In this document: piece after piece, positions 26,100-39,410 of the stretch
Position numbering within the stretch: position 1 is the stretch's first letter
Layout: each line of letters begins with the position of its first letter
Source of the DNA: Octopus sinensis
Lineage: Eukaryota
Direction: 5' to 3'
DNA: 64,000 bases
Assembly: GCF_006345805.1 (NCBI RefSeq)
Contig: NC_042999.1
Location: forward strand, 65,472,001 to 65,536,000
The notes under the pieces: model-generated
The model's input: the letters and a program-made list of their open reading frames with translations, nothing else
Databases searched by the model: none
Told to the model about the DNA's origin: nothing
Program-made: the position numbers and the translations under genes

Positions 26100-26290
26100 T
26101 TATTTACATGATTTGCATTTGACGGATATTTGTCCTGATCTTTTTTGTTGTTAACACAGTGTTTCGGCTGATATACCCTCCAGCCTTCATCAGGGTATCC
26201 CAGCTGAAACGTTGTGTTCAAAACCAACAAGACGAGGACAAAAATAATATAAATAATGTACATAATTCCTCATCTCTTGAATATTGAACT
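26100..26290. mobile_element. Head-to-head pLTR-like element with a hammerhead core on minus (26153-26198)
   Basis: Minus strand CUGAUGA-A-GGCUG..CAGCC-GAAAC; 26127-26170 is inverted relative to 26201-26246. Confidence 0.6.
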
Positions 26291-26313
26291 GTATTAAATG
26301 TATGTTTATTTGA

Positions 26314-26357
<44 letters not shown>

Positions 26358-26379
26358 CATATACATAGATGCATACATA

Positions 26380-26630
26380 CAATAATCATTATAATAATCA
26401 TTATACCTGCTCCTCCTCCTCCTCTTTCTCATCATAACCATCATTATCGTCTTCAACATCATCATCATCGCTATCATCATCATTGACATCGCCATACTCC
26501 TCGTTCTTCACGTCGCCATTTTTATTTCCATCGATGTATTTCTCATAAGAAATGGAAATATGAAAGGATAAATACATCACAACTGGCACTCATATAACAA
26601 TAAAATGCACTACTACTACAACTACTACTA

Positions 26631-26681
<51 letters not shown>

Positions 26682-26740
26682 TTACTACTACTACCACTAC
26701 CACCACCACCACCACCACCACCACCACCACCACCACCACC

Positions 26741-26784
<44 letters not shown>

Positions 26785-26864
26785 AACAACAACTGCCACG
26801 GATGCTGCTACTGCTACTGCACTCCTGCTATTACTATTACTACTGTTATTATTCTCCACTACTG

Positions 26865-26899
<35 letters not shown>

Positions 26900-27090
26900 C
26901 ATCATCATCATCATCATCATTGTTATTACCATTGTTATCATTATTATCATCATCCTCATCTTTATTATTATTATTATAATTGCTATCATCATCATCATCA
27001 TCGTCGTCGTCGTGAACATCTTCGTGAACATCAAGGAATAATAGCAGAATTACTAATGGCTAAAATTATTATTATTATTATTATTATTAT
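26380..27090. repeat. Compound trinucleotide microsatellite (CAT, TAC, CAC, TAT)
   Basis: Direct reading. Confidence 0.95.
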
Positions 27091-27865
27091 TTTCATTCTT
27101 TTACCTCTGAGATCAAAAGCGTAATAAATAAATATATGATAGCAAATACTGCGCTGATGAGTAAAAATTTACGAATTTACGATAACGTTGAACGAAATGG
27201 TAACACACCAACGATTAGTGAATGAAGAAATTAATGAAATATGGTCATTCAATGCTAAATATGTCTCTCGAAAGACGATTCTCAATTTTATGAACACAAT
27301 ATTATTATTGATTCTCTGTTTGCAACACCGTATCAAACCAGGGTGATTTATGGCTCCATTTAAAATTAATTAGTCTCTTAATGTTGTTTCTTCTTTCTCA
27401 CCACTTTTTATGTAGGTTCTGTGTGGTTTTGCGCCGCATGGGAGCTTGGGCGTATGTATGTGTTTGTGTATGTGTGTGTGTATGAGTATGTTTATGTGTG
27501 TGTGTGTAATTGTTTATGCGCCTCTTGATAGGCGTATATGTTTATATACATATATATGAATATATATCTTAGGGGGGATGTGTATGTGTGTGTAAATACA
27601 CACACACACACACACATATATATACATATATATAAATATATATATATATGATATATATGTATATATGTATATTATATATATGATATAGACATATAGATAT
27701 TATATGTATGCATGCATACACTTATACATATATAAATTTTTCGTATACACACATATATATATATAAAGTTAATCCAAACATGAAGACACAAAGAGAAAAC
27801 ACAACAACGCGAGGACGTGGATCAAGTATAATATTATTGGACGCCAAGAAAGAAGGAAAGAAGGA

Positions 27866-27904
27866 GTGTATAACGTTTCGAGCGGAGCTCTTCGTCAGAA
27901 ACAT
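27866..27904 (-). ncRNA. Minimal type I hammerhead in a pLTR-like repeat (~27765-27975)
   Basis: UGUUU-CUGACGA-A-GAGC(UCC)GCUC-GAA-ACGU-U^AUACA; one stem I mismatch; repeat flanked by TA tracts. Confidence 0.65.
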
Positions 27905-28002
27905 AGGAAAATGAACGATCCAAAGAAGGGAAGACGGAGGTAAAAAAATCGCCAATGGTACACACACGGTCACATTTTATATACATATATAAACATGTAT
28001 AA

Positions 28003-28038
<36 letters not shown>

Positions 28039-28102
28039 GCATACCTATATTTATGTATTCATGCATATATATATATATATACATACGTATATATATGTAT
28101 AT

Positions 28103-28203
<101 letters not shown>

Positions 28204-28924
28204 ATATACGTATGTATATTACCTACATATATTATATATTGTACTTAAATATACATATTATGTTTTCATGTTGGATTGTAATTTTTCCTGCGGACACTAC
28301 CATTTTCACCATCTTTGTCTTCCCAGGACTATCTCTTTTTCCCCGCTTCTCTTATTGATGTCTCAATCTCCGATACGTTCGTAAATATTTGCTAGTTGTC
28401 TTTATAAGAACATCACATTACAACTTTTCGCTTATCAGCTTTTCATCATATCAAAATTTCTATTATAGTAGTTTTGTATCTTCTTGGATTTTGTAAATCT
28501 ATTCAATTTTTATTCATTAATCAATTAATTTATGAGTTTTTTCTATGCTAATAATTTTTTCCCGAAAATTTCTTCTAATATTCTCTAAAATTTTCTTCAT
28601 CTGAACTCATTTATTAATTGTACCGTGTGTATTTGAACGATACATCGATGGATTTATCACCTGTAGAATATAGTGTCACCTACGAAGTTATGAATTTGAC
28701 GAGGTAGAGCATTCAGATTGTTGCTGCATAATCTGTCTCTCTCTGGAGAATTGCAGAGTCTATCGTTTAAACAGAAACGGACGTCAATGGGGCTGTTCAT
28801 TTTCTTAAAGTATATTTTAAATAAAAGGGGTGGGTTTTCAGAGATATTTTCGTTGCCCCAGGTGGCGCCATTCTATATCGGCAGGAATTTTGGCTTCGAT
28901 AAGTGTACTAAAGCAATTGTATGA

Positions 28925-29780
28925 GGTAAGCCCAGACAAATAGCTTCCATTAAATTAGATACCGACGCTACCATCATGTAGCTAAACCTACGAGAAAGGT
29001 ATGAATATCTGGGGATAAACGAAGAAGGTATACAACATGAAGGAAAAAATAAGAAAGAAGAACTACAGGAGAATAAGACTCATACAAAAAGCTGATCTCA
29101 GCTTCAAAAATCACATTGAAACCATTAACACCCTGGCATTTGTAGCAGTCTAATAAAGTTTAACATCATTAAATGGAATTCTGCTGAGCTTCAATGCCTG
29201 GATAGGGAAACAAGAAAACTACTAACAACGAAGAACATGCACCACCCAAAAGCAGACGTTGGTCGTCTCTACCTGTCTAGAAGTAATGGGGGAAGAGGAA
29301 TGATGCAGGTAAAACTGTGCTATAAGACCTCCACAGAGGTACTTATCTAGTACAGACTGGATGCCATGGCTTGTGTGCAAACACGAAAGCAGCATAAAAT
29401 CACAATCTATGGTCAAGAATGCATGCAAATTTGCATGGGTATCTGGCATTAATACTGTATTAGATGAAGAATCTGAACGCATTGCCACCAAACAAGCAAA
29501 ATCGATCAAGCAGCCTGCAAAAAAGAACGGCGAGAAACAAATTGAGGAGCGGTGGAGCCAGAAGCCTCTGCGTGGACAGTATATACTTCGAAACCGAAAT
29601 GCTGATTTGGACCAAGCAACAACCTATCAGTGGATGAAAAATTAAGCACTGAAAGTAGTGACGGCAGATTCCATATTGGCGGCACAAGACCAAAGATTGC
29701 TTATCAAAATCTACCTGGCTACAGTTCTTCAAAACGGTTTTGACTCTACACCTTTGACAAAACAATAGACCATCTCGTCT
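28925..29780 (+). pseudogene. R4/Dong-clade LINE RT/thumb remnant
   Basis: YEYLGI, INTLA, LDRETRKLLT..MHHPKADV.RLYLSR..GGRG, KPLRGQY, ILAAQDQ; frameshifts and stops. Confidence 0.85.
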
Positions 29781-29855
29781 AAGAAGAAGAAGAAGAAGAA
29801 GAGGGAGGAGTAGGACAAGAAGACGAAGAAGAAGAAGAAGAAGAAGAAGAAGAAT

Positions 29856-30510
29856 AGTGTTAAGGACCAACTATGAGAAATGCAGAGCGTGTGATGAGAG
29901 GGGTGAAACAGTTGGTACATCGTCAGTGAAAGCCCGAAATTGGCACAATGAGATACACAGGGTGACATGCCAATGTGGCAAGACTGTTCCGTTGGAAGCT
30001 CTGTGGAAATCACGGCCTACAAAGATCAAATACGTGTTATGTGCAAACCCCAGAAAGTGTCACAGAGAAGGAGAATTTCAAAATCTTGTGGGATGCAATG
30101 ATTCAGGGAGATCACGTGACCGAACATCGGAAACCAGATTGTTGTGGTGAAAAAACGAAAAAGAACATGCATGATAATTGACATAACATGCCCCGGTGAC
30201 AACAGGATGAAGGAGAAAGAAGGAAAAATAAATAACTATGACGATTTGAAGTTTGAAATACGAAGGTTGGTCAATGAGGAGAGTAGAGGTGATACCAATA
30301 GCAATTGGTGCACTTGGAAGTACCAGCACTCAACCACGAACATAGCTCAAAAAGACTGATGCAAGTACGTTGGCAGAACACCTATAAAAATCAGCATTGC
30401 TTGGAAATGCGAGAATTCTGCGCAGGGTTCTTGAAGCATGACTAGTAAACAAGTGCCACCTTAGTCTGCTGGCTGTGGACAGCTGACACTTTGTATTATA
30501 TCCAGCAAAA
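29856..30510 (+). pseudogene. R4/Dong-clade LINE zinc-finger plus RLE remnant and 3' UTR
   Basis: CRAC..ETV, KILWD, HRKPD, IIDITCP.D, IPIAIGALG, ALLGNARILRRVL*. Confidence 0.85.
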
Positions 30511-30524
30511 TAAGGTGTGTTTTC

Positions 30525-30640
30525 ATCACCCGAAAGAGGTTGTCTGGTGGACGAGGCTGAACAGATTGAGGACAGAAACGTTCCTGCCTAATAAAGCACT
30601 CATCGACATTTTCAAGTTTCACTTGAAGACGAAAGTGAAA
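30525..30640 (+). pseudogene. Short Tx1-like ORF2 C-terminal fragment
   Basis: KEVVWWTR..FKFHLKTKV aligns by eye with KECMWRTR..FRYHLKSKM in the 17279 ORF. Confidence 0.6.
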
Positions 30641-30721
30641 TCCATACGGCTGTGCTCACACCTACTACCCACATCCTTAGAAAAATCCTATGCATTTAAA
30701 TGTATACTTTTAAACTCCCTT

Positions 30722-31096
30722 TTACTCTTTTACTTGTTTCAGTCATTTAATTGTGGCCATGCTGGAGCACCGCCTTTAGTCGAGCAAATCGACACGAGGA
30801 CTTATTCTTTGTAAGCCTAGTACTTATTCTGTCGAACCGCTAAGTTAAACACCAGCATCTGTTTTCATGCGATGTTGAGGGAACAAACACGGACGCACAA
30901 ACGTATACACACACATATATATATGCATATATACGACGGGCTTCTTTCAGTTTCTGTCTATCAAATCCACTCGCAAGGCTTTGGTCGGCCCGAGGCTATA
31001 GTAGAAGACATTTGCCCAAGGTACCACGCAGTGAGACTGAACCCGGAACAATGTGGTTGGTAAGCAAGTTACTTACCACACAGCCACTACCACGCC
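30722..31096 (-). mobile_element. SINE family A
   Basis: Head, body and tail match other copies. Confidence 0.9.
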
Positions 31097-31255
31097 TGTC
31101 TCTGTTATCTTACATAAGGATAATTCACTATCTTCCCCCCTCCCGATCGTTCAACATATCTTACTCTACACTCGCCCCAGGACGCTGGGTATGTCTCGGC
31201 AAGTGACTGTAACAAAGTGGCAGATTAAAAGTAATAATGACACTAATAATTCGTA

Positions 31256-31403
31256 CTATTAAAGGCACAACACCAAAAATTTGGGGGAGATGGATAGTCG
31301 ATTACGTCGACCTCGGCGGAATTTGAACTCAGAATGTAGCGACAGATGAAATACACCAAAGCATTTCACTCGGTGTTCTAATGATTCTGCCAGCTCACCA
31401 CCT
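31256..31403 (-). mobile_element. SINE family B (internally deleted, alternative tail)
   Basis: GTCGACCTCGGCGGAATTTGAACTC...CTGCCAGCTCACCACC. Confidence 0.75.
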
Positions 31404-31419
31404 TACATATAACAATAAG

Positions 31420-31589
31420 AATAATAATGCTTATGATTATTATTATTATTATTGTTGACGTTATAGTTATTATTATAGTTGCTGTTGTTATTATTACTAT
31501 TACTATTATTATTGTTGTTGTTATTAATATTTTTATTTATATTATTATCATTATTATTACTATTACTATTATTATTATTATTATTATCA

Positions 31590-31627
<38 letters not shown>

Positions 31628-31791
31628 GCTATTATTATCATTATTATTACTATTATTATTATTATTATTACTATTATTATTGTCATTATTATTATTGCTA
31701 TTAATATTGTCATTATTATTATTGCTAATTTTATCGTTATTATTATCATTATTATTATTATTATTATTGCTATTATTATCATTATTATTAC

Positions 31792-31830
<39 letters not shown>

Positions 31831-32129
31831 TATTATTGTCATTATTATTATTGCTATTAATATTGTCATTATTATTATTGCTAATTTTATCGTTATTATT
31901 ATTATTATTATTATTATCATTATTATTGTGATTATTATTATTATTGTGATTATTATTATTACTGTTGTTGTTATTAATATTATTGCTATTATTATCATTA
32001 TTACTGTTGTTATTATTATTGCTATTTTTATTATTATTGCTATTATTATTATTGTTATTATTATTATCATTGTTATTATTATTATTATTGCTTTTATTGT
32101 TATTATTATTGCTATTATTGTTATCATTA

Positions 32130-32173
<44 letters not shown>

Positions 32174-32200
32174 GTTATTATTATTATTATTATTATTGTT
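31420..32200. repeat. ~780-bp (ATT)n array with an internal higher-order duplication
   Basis: The interruption string TTGCTATTAATATTGTCATT..TTGCTAATTTTATCG occurs twice, ~153 bp apart. Confidence 0.95.
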
Positions 32201-32204
32201 AAAA

Positions 32205-33085
32205 TTGTTGTGGCTGTTCATGCCTTTTGTTTTTATCTTACATGACCTACTCCAAGTCTCAGCCTCAGGCGGCAAGTAACAATCAAGTAGACGTTTTACG
32301 ATGGATGTTATTTATGATTAACAATGATAAATGTAAGGAGAAAGAGAGGAGATTCTGTTAAAAGTGTAATATTTTACTTTTGAAAGTGTTTTAAGAGAAC
32401 CATGTTTTTACATGTTGACAATGTTTTTACTGCTATTATCAATATTATTTTAATTTTTATTATTATTATTATTACTGTTGTTGTTGTTGTTGTTGTTATC
32501 ATCATCATCATCATTATTATTATTATTATTGTTGTTGCTCTTATTATTATTATCATTATCATCTTATTTCCGTTCTGCTTCCATTCGTTACTGAATTTCT
32601 TCCTCACACCTAGGGCAGACAATCTCACTCTATACATTGGTAGGCCATTAAAATAAACACACCGGATTATTCATTTACGAAGTCATGTGATAAAGAAAAA
32701 AGGGAAGGAAGACAGAGATGAAAAAATAAAAAATAAAAAAAGTAAACACAGAAAATAAAAGGCGAAAAAGAACGAAAATTTACAACGACAATGCACTTCT
32801 CAGTACCTGTGACCTAACAGGTCACACTATCTTTTTCACTTTTTTGGTAATACAGGAATGATGGATGCTTAAACAATTTTGTTACTTCCTTCTTTGATCA
32901 TTCCAAGTGCAACCACTGGTATTGTAACCGTCTTGAGATGGATGCCACACCTTTTCGATTTCAAGTAATAAATGTTTGTATTTTCTGAGCTTATAAAATT
33001 CTTTTGTTGAGATATTAAGGTCGTAGATATTAAGATTGAGATATTAAGATCATGTCAATCAATAAAGTATATAAATAAAGAAAAT
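32205..33085 (-). pseudogene. R4/Dong RLE C-terminal remnant plus 3' UTR (microsatellite-interrupted)
   Basis: Minus translation LLIDM..NISTKEFYKLRKYKHLLLEIEKVWH, LKTVTIPVVALGMIK, VLRSALSL*. Confidence 0.7.
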
Positions 33086-33091
33086 AACAAC

Positions 33092-33144
<53 letters not shown>

Positions 33145-33145
<1 letters not shown>

Positions 33146-33514
33146 TAGCAATAATAATAATAATAACTTGCCGGGTCATAGTGTTAGTGCATGCATATAC
33201 AGCTGCGTGCGTGCGCACATACACGCGAGTACTGTCCAAATCTTCGACTAATAACATACAGCTAGCTAGCATTCAATTGGCGTATCAAGTGTCGGGCATT
33301 TTGGTTGTGTTTTGGATAGAAAATTCACAAAAATGTCACTTCTATTGATTTTTTAATGGCTTTACGGGATGACTGGGGAAATGTAACGATGTGCACGACC
33401 AATCGTGGACGGTTTTGAATGACCATAGAAAGTGCGAGCCCTCTAACTGAAAGATTATTGATTTGTATAAAGGACACACACACAGACAAACATTTTGCCG
33501 TTTATATATATAGA
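33145..33514 (-). mobile_element. Non-autonomous Helitron-like element
   Basis: Minus strand A|TCTATATATATAAA...CTAG|T termini; no TSD. Confidence 0.55.
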
Positions 33515-33555
33515 TAATAATAATAATATAATAATAATAATAATAATAATAATAA

Positions 33556-34020
33556 GGGTACCAGGCAGTGGCTTTCATGGTTTCTCATCTTAATTGATTG
33601 GATGTGTTATCAGGTACATTGTTTTGTCTTGCTATAAAAGATGGGCCATAGCAAATATTCTGCTCAATACCACTTCTACTCAGTTGTTTGACCATAACCA
33701 GTTGAGCATGTCAATTAGTGGCTGAAAATATGAGCATCTCTGATGACAAGCAGAAGTAGTAGGAGAGCTTCATAGCCATGTGTTGGGAGGAATTCTTTGG
33801 GGATAATTCACCTCTAGAAACCAGTTTTTCTTCAACACACTTAAACTGCCCTTATTCAGGAATCTTTTGAGCTGGATGGGCCACTAGACCTAAAGAAACT
33901 TATAACTGGGCCCAACTTGCAAGTTCATGTGCTGTTAGTATAGTTATCAGATGACCATGTTGCGCATATATGGCTGTGATGCATGTGCATGGTCTTGTGG
34001 TATGCACTGCTCATTCACAC
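33556..34020 (+). mobile_element. Diverged copy of the 556-bp (AAT)n element
   Basis: Homology to 633-1188; AAT flanks. Confidence 0.85.
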
Positions 34021-34060
34021 AATGATAACAACAACAACAATAATAATAATAATAATAATA

Positions 34061-34100
<40 letters not shown>

Positions 34101-34101
<1 letters not shown>

Positions 34102-34505
34102 TGGCTTCTGATCTTAACTGATTGGAAGTGTTATCATGTACATTGTTTTGTCTTGGTATAAAATATGGGCTACAGCAAATATTCTGCTCAATACCACATA
34201 TTTGCTTGTCAGTTGTTTGACCTTAACCAGTTGAGCATGTCCCTTAGTGGCTGACGATATGTGCATCTCTTATTCAAGGACCTTTTGAGCGGGATGGGCT
34301 ACTCAACCTGAAGAAAATTCTAACTAGGCCCCACCTGCAAGGTCATGTGCTGTTTATCTTGATATGAGATCACCATGTCGCGCACATATGGTTGTGATGC
34401 ATGTGCCTGGTGTACCCGTATCAGACGGGTAGTCATGATGGGTATATTGGGCTTCGTATATTTTACCCCAGTGTCACTTTGATGGCATGAACTGCTCTCT
34501 CACTC
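34101..34505 (+). mobile_element. 5'-truncated, internally deleted copy of the 556-bp (AAT)n element
   Basis: Homology to 633-1188; AAT flanks. Confidence 0.85.
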
Positions 34506-34544
<39 letters not shown>

Positions 34545-34697
34545 TATTATTATTATTATTATTATCATTATTATTATTATTATTATCATCATTATTGTTA
34601 AGGTAGTGAGCTGACAGAATCTTTACCGCTCCGGGCAAAATGCCTAGCGGAATTTCGTCCTTCTTTACGTTTTGAGTTCAAATTCCGCATCCGTCTA

Positions 34698-34750
<53 letters not shown>

Positions 34751-36238
34751 ATTATTATTATTATTGTTGTTGTTGCTGTTGCTGTTATTGTTGTTATTGT
34801 TGTTGTTTCGTAAAACTGTTAGAGGGATTTAAAAATGCTTCTCAGTATTTGTTCCTGACAATTACATCTGTGTTTCAAATGGGAACGAGTTCAGCTTAGC
34901 GTTTACGTTTGCAAACTGAATAGAATGAAGTACCAGTGAAATATCAGACCAATCTCATTGACTTAATCCCACCTCTAAGAATTGCTGGCTTTGTGCTTAA
35001 ATCAGAAAACTTGATCATTTTTGCGCTTCCCATCCTTCCTCCTCTTCCACCTCCTCCTATTCCTCCACTTTCTCCTGGTCTTCCTCCTCCTCCAACTCTT
35101 AATCTTCCTGCTCTGCCTCCTCTTTTTTTGCCAACTATCAAGACTTCCCCTACTCTTCCTCTACCCCTTACTACTACTACTACTACTACTACTACTAGAA
35201 ATAATTTTTTTAAGACTAGAAGAGAGATTGAGAGGTTGAAAATTGTGTTATCACAATTCACATAAAGTTTACGCCATGATTCCCGACCTGCACGCTTGCG
35301 CTGTATCTGTTGTCCGTTTATTAAACATTTGGATGTGATTTCGTATACATACAAAACTTGTTAATCAGAAAGTCATGATTTAATCAAGTTTGTATATGCT
35401 TCAATACGTGCCAAAACATCAAACGGACATTTTTGAAAAGAAACACTGTGGAGTAATAACACTCTGTAGTTTGGTTATTCAGATCTGATTAACAAAACAT
35501 TAATATACTGAAGCTTATTGCATTTGTGATATTTAATACAATATCTATAAGGGGGTGGGTCTATTGAAAGCAATATTAAAGCTGTTATGTCATATAGATT
35601 CTTAACGTCTCTCTCTTTCTCTCTCTCTCTCTCTCAGTTTAATAATACCATTTCATATTTTGCTTTTATATTCTCTAGTAATATCACATATTAGCTACGG
35701 ATAGTACCACAGCAATCTTCAGAAGATCACAATTAAATGGCTTCCGAAGTACAGTATCACTATAATCAACAACAGCCGTCAAGGTACAAGGTCCTTTTAG
35801 TCTATTATTCTTTTACCAATTTCTGTCCTTGGACCTCGGCCATGTTGTCGCTCCCCTGCTACATTGCATGCAGCTTTGTTGGATTTTTATGGTTGAAAGT
35901 TTATCTATAACTGTCTTTGTAATAGCTGATCTTAACTGAGTGTAAGCATTCGCAGTTGGCTAGTCCAATGTTCTGTGTAGGAGTATGTCCAACTCATTCT
36001 TTAAGATTACAATAGGGTTCCTTTTTTATATTTCTGATTAATTTAGATACGTTGTTAAACACAAGATGGCCGCTAAATAGAAGTTTGTTTGTAACAATAC
36101 AGTCTCCTTTTCTACATTTCGGAAGGTGGTATATGTAGATACTGGTTGTCTGAGCAGTAGTTTTCTTTCTTACATGAATATGAGACATGACCTTGTAGAT
36201 TTTCAACATAAATACTCAACATAAATAATGTCTGTCTG

Positions 36239-36304
<66 letters not shown>

Positions 36305-36559
36305 GATGCCATATGTACACGCACACACATATGTGTGTATGTATTATGTTGTATATTTCTATTTGTCTATGTATGTCTGTGTCTGTCTGTGTCTGTCTCT
36401 CTCTCTATTTCCTATCTCTCCCCTCACTCTCTCTCTCTCTCTTTCTCTGCACCTTTCAGGAAAGATGACTTGCAGAGCGTTGAGACATTCCAAGTAATGG
36501 AGGCTTTTAACTGTTGTCCATTTCCTTTTCCTTTCTCTATTTCTTCTTGGGCTAGGGGA

Positions 36560-36960
36560 AATCGCAGTGTCCGCAGACGCCACAGACTTTCTTAGAACAT
36601 TAACATTGATGCAAATAATAAACATTTTTACATCTTTGTAGGTCAACATATGTTGGAAAGACTTCAGAAAGAAGGGAACTCAAAAGAAATGAATATCACA
36701 AGCATATCACAAGCAGTAGTAGTTAGAGTGGTGTTCGCCGTTGGCGACAGAATGAGAGATTTGATTGAAGATAGTGAGCCTGCAGATAAAGAATCGCTGA
36801 AACCAGTAGATGGACAGTTTCGTTAAAAGTTTCATATGTCAGGTACAGTCAAGAAGGCCCATTCGGTTAGGGAAATAGGAGCGCAAAAGTCCAGTGGGTC
36901 CAAAATAGAAAATGTGTGGTAGTTGTTAAGGTGATATCTGTGTGTGGGAATGTAGAAACA
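36560..36960 (+). pseudogene. Possible piggyBac transposase C-terminal remnant
   Basis: CGSC*GDICVWEC cysteine pattern near 36913-36952; remainder highly diverged. Confidence 0.3.
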
Positions 36961-36988
36961 CACACACATACATACATGCATATATATA

Positions 36989-37020
<32 letters not shown>

Positions 37021-37224
37021 CATATATATATGTTCGTGTGTGCGTGCGTGAGTGTGTGTGTGTATATGTTGTATATGCGTTGTAGTGAAATCCTGACACC
37101 CCTGTGGGATAGCATGTCAAGTGTCCTAATCCAAATAAAGTTCCATACGCACTGTCATTGAAGGACAGTGTGCTGCGCGCTACTTTGAGTTGTGGTCGGT
37201 TATATGTTGTTTGACGTCGTTATA

Positions 37225-37355
37225 GGCGGCGAGCTGGCAGAAACGTTAGCACGCCGGGCGAAATACATAGCCGTATTTCGTCTGCCGTTACGTTCTGTGT
37301 TCAAATTCCGCCGAGGTTGACTTTGCCTTTCATCCTTTCAGAGTCGATAAATTAA
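37225..37355 (+). mobile_element. SINE family B, 5' half
   Basis: GGCGGCGAGCTGGCAGAAACGTTAGC...GTTCAAATTCCGCCGAGG. Confidence 0.85.
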
Positions 37356-37527
37356 GGGATCTTTTCCTTTTGAACGGAAGTTTTCAACACAATTTCTAGT
37401 TAACTAAACACTTTTAAACTTCGTATACTGGTAGAATGTGTCAAAATAAAACATATTTTTCTCTTGGCTTTCTTGGAGAAAATTGTAATTTTTAAGTTTA
37501 ACGTAGTTTAATTTTTCGAGGATGATT

Positions 37528-38065
37528 AAATGGAACTGCAAGAGAAACCTTGTGAGGAAGCTCTAGGTGACGAGAAAGAGATGAGGGAAGATGCAGCGAA
37601 GACAGTGAAAAAGGAGAATAGTGCGCCAGAGGAAGCTGGAAGGCCCACATCTACCGAGGTGAATGAGAAGGAATGGTCAGTCGCAAGGAAGAAGAAGAAA
37701 AACATAAATTCTCGTTCTCTTCCTCCAACAAACATAAACAGTTTTAAAACGAATGCACAAGAACAGTTACGAACGCGGACAAAATACATTACAAACGAAA
37801 AAAGGAAAAAGATACCCCACAAAAAAACATTGACTATACAACACAAGTAAGACGCAGCAAAGACAAAGAGACAAAAATAATCGTTTAAAAACTCTTTCTA
37901 AAACTATTCAATGACATTATCTGGAGTGTGGGGTTCGAGTTAACGTCGTTCCACCTTTTCATTTATAATTACCATTCTTTTCATTCGATTTCATTTCTCC
38001 CCACTTTTGTGTTTAGGCTGTCCTTGTCCCCCCTATGTTAGGCCCTGTGTGGCTAGTAAAGAAAT
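37528..38065 (+). mobile_element. ORF1-derived non-autonomous element with Tx1-type tail
   Basis: Charged ORF (EKEWSVARKKKK); tail CTATGTTAGGCCCTGTGTGGCTAGTAAAGAAAT. Confidence 0.55.
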
Positions 38066-39406
38066 ACAGTTTGCTGTGCGCTAAAACAGTGTCATATATC
38101 TTTCAATCAATTTACGTCGTAGGCGCCGTTATGCCAAGGTTCCGAGTTCGCGTAAGTTGTTCGCTTGTTTCATGCAATTGTAACACGTTTTTCTGGTGTT
38201 TTGTGTTTTTCTACACTGTTTTGCTGCCTTGTAGAGGTACTGCTAGCGTTTACACTCGGTTGAAGGTGAAAGCCCTGAGAATATTGAAGCGCTGTGAATA
38301 TTCAGGCTGCCCCAGCAACATAAAAGAAATTGTCAACACCATGACGGTGGGAGACGAGGTGAGGGTTAGGGTGGTGGCAGAATGTAGAAGGCTGAGGTGC
38401 TACAACTGTGGACAGTTGAGACACATATAGGCCAAGTGCCCCTCCCTATAGAAGGACAAAAAGAAGCTCTAGTGAAGACAGTGTCTCCGGCAGTCTTAAT
38501 ATCAGGAACTGAGGACGGAAACGGGAAACCAGGAGTACAAAAAGAAAAATCAACAGAATGAACAGAGGTGGACAAGAAAAGGAAAAAAAGAAAACAGCAA
38601 ACCAGCGAGGTAGTACCTCAACCCATTCCCGTCCCACCCCCCGGTCCACACCCCAACCTTCCCCCCCCTGCAGACACCACTCCTTTTCTTACTCCACCAG
38701 ACATGAACACATGCAAACACACGCGCCACAAATTGCCAATCCCCCACCCAGGTAAAGGTACCTTATCTGTTTTATACAACAGTGCAAAGGTGTCATTGAG
38801 AAAATAAGATAGTGAACTCTGATATAGAGGTGGACACGAAGGATTGTAAGGGGTTACATCCGAGTGTAAGGCGTATTCCTATGTTGAAGGAGAATTATCA
38901 TAAATTAAAGACATGTATAGGTGAGATGTTTACTACACGGAAAGAGTCGTCGACCTGAACTCGTCACACCTTAAGGTAAGATTGAATTAAATTTACTCAG
39001 AAACAATAGGAACGAAATGTTGTTGCAGTCTTGAAGTTTTGACTCAGTTTGAACAGTGATTATAGCAGTAATGTTTTAGAGGCATAAGTGATACATTGTT
39101 ATTGTGTACAATAAAAAAAAGACCATGTAATTGCGTATGATATGATCCAACATAGAACTGTACTTGTTAACATCGTATTTTGACTGTTTTAGAAGGAAAA
39201 TAAGTGGATGGGGGGAGCAATTTAATGTGTTGTAAAAAAGAGATCCAATGAAACTGCTCGGTCGTGGGATCGAATGCCATTCATTTCATTTTTTAATTTT
39301 TCGATTCCATCTTTTTCATTCGTTTTTCTCCCCCCCCCCCACCACCACTTTGTCGGTCCTTCTTTTTCCCCTCTATGTTAGGCCCTGTGTGGCCAAATAA
39401 AGAAAT
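38066..39406 (+). mobile_element. ORF1 (gag)-only non-autonomous Tx1-like element
   Basis: CCHC knuckle CYNCGQLRHI*AKC at 38398-38439; no ORF2; same tail as the preceding copy. Confidence 0.7.
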
Positions 39407-39410
39407 GCAG

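Noticed and set aside
27150-27190. CTGATGA-GTAA..TTAC-GAA
   Set aside because: A15.1 absent and no stem I/III closure; likely chance
31403-32279. Poly-N/I/L ORFs up to 290 aa
   Set aside because: (ATT)n array open in most frames; no coding signal
34936-35354. Pro-rich and Gly-rich ORFs
   Set aside because: Degenerate (CCT)n/(TAC)n repeat following a SINE tail
36642-36826. Host exon after TTTGTAG
   Set aside because: Ends in a stop, has no recognisable family, and the context suggests a transposase relic
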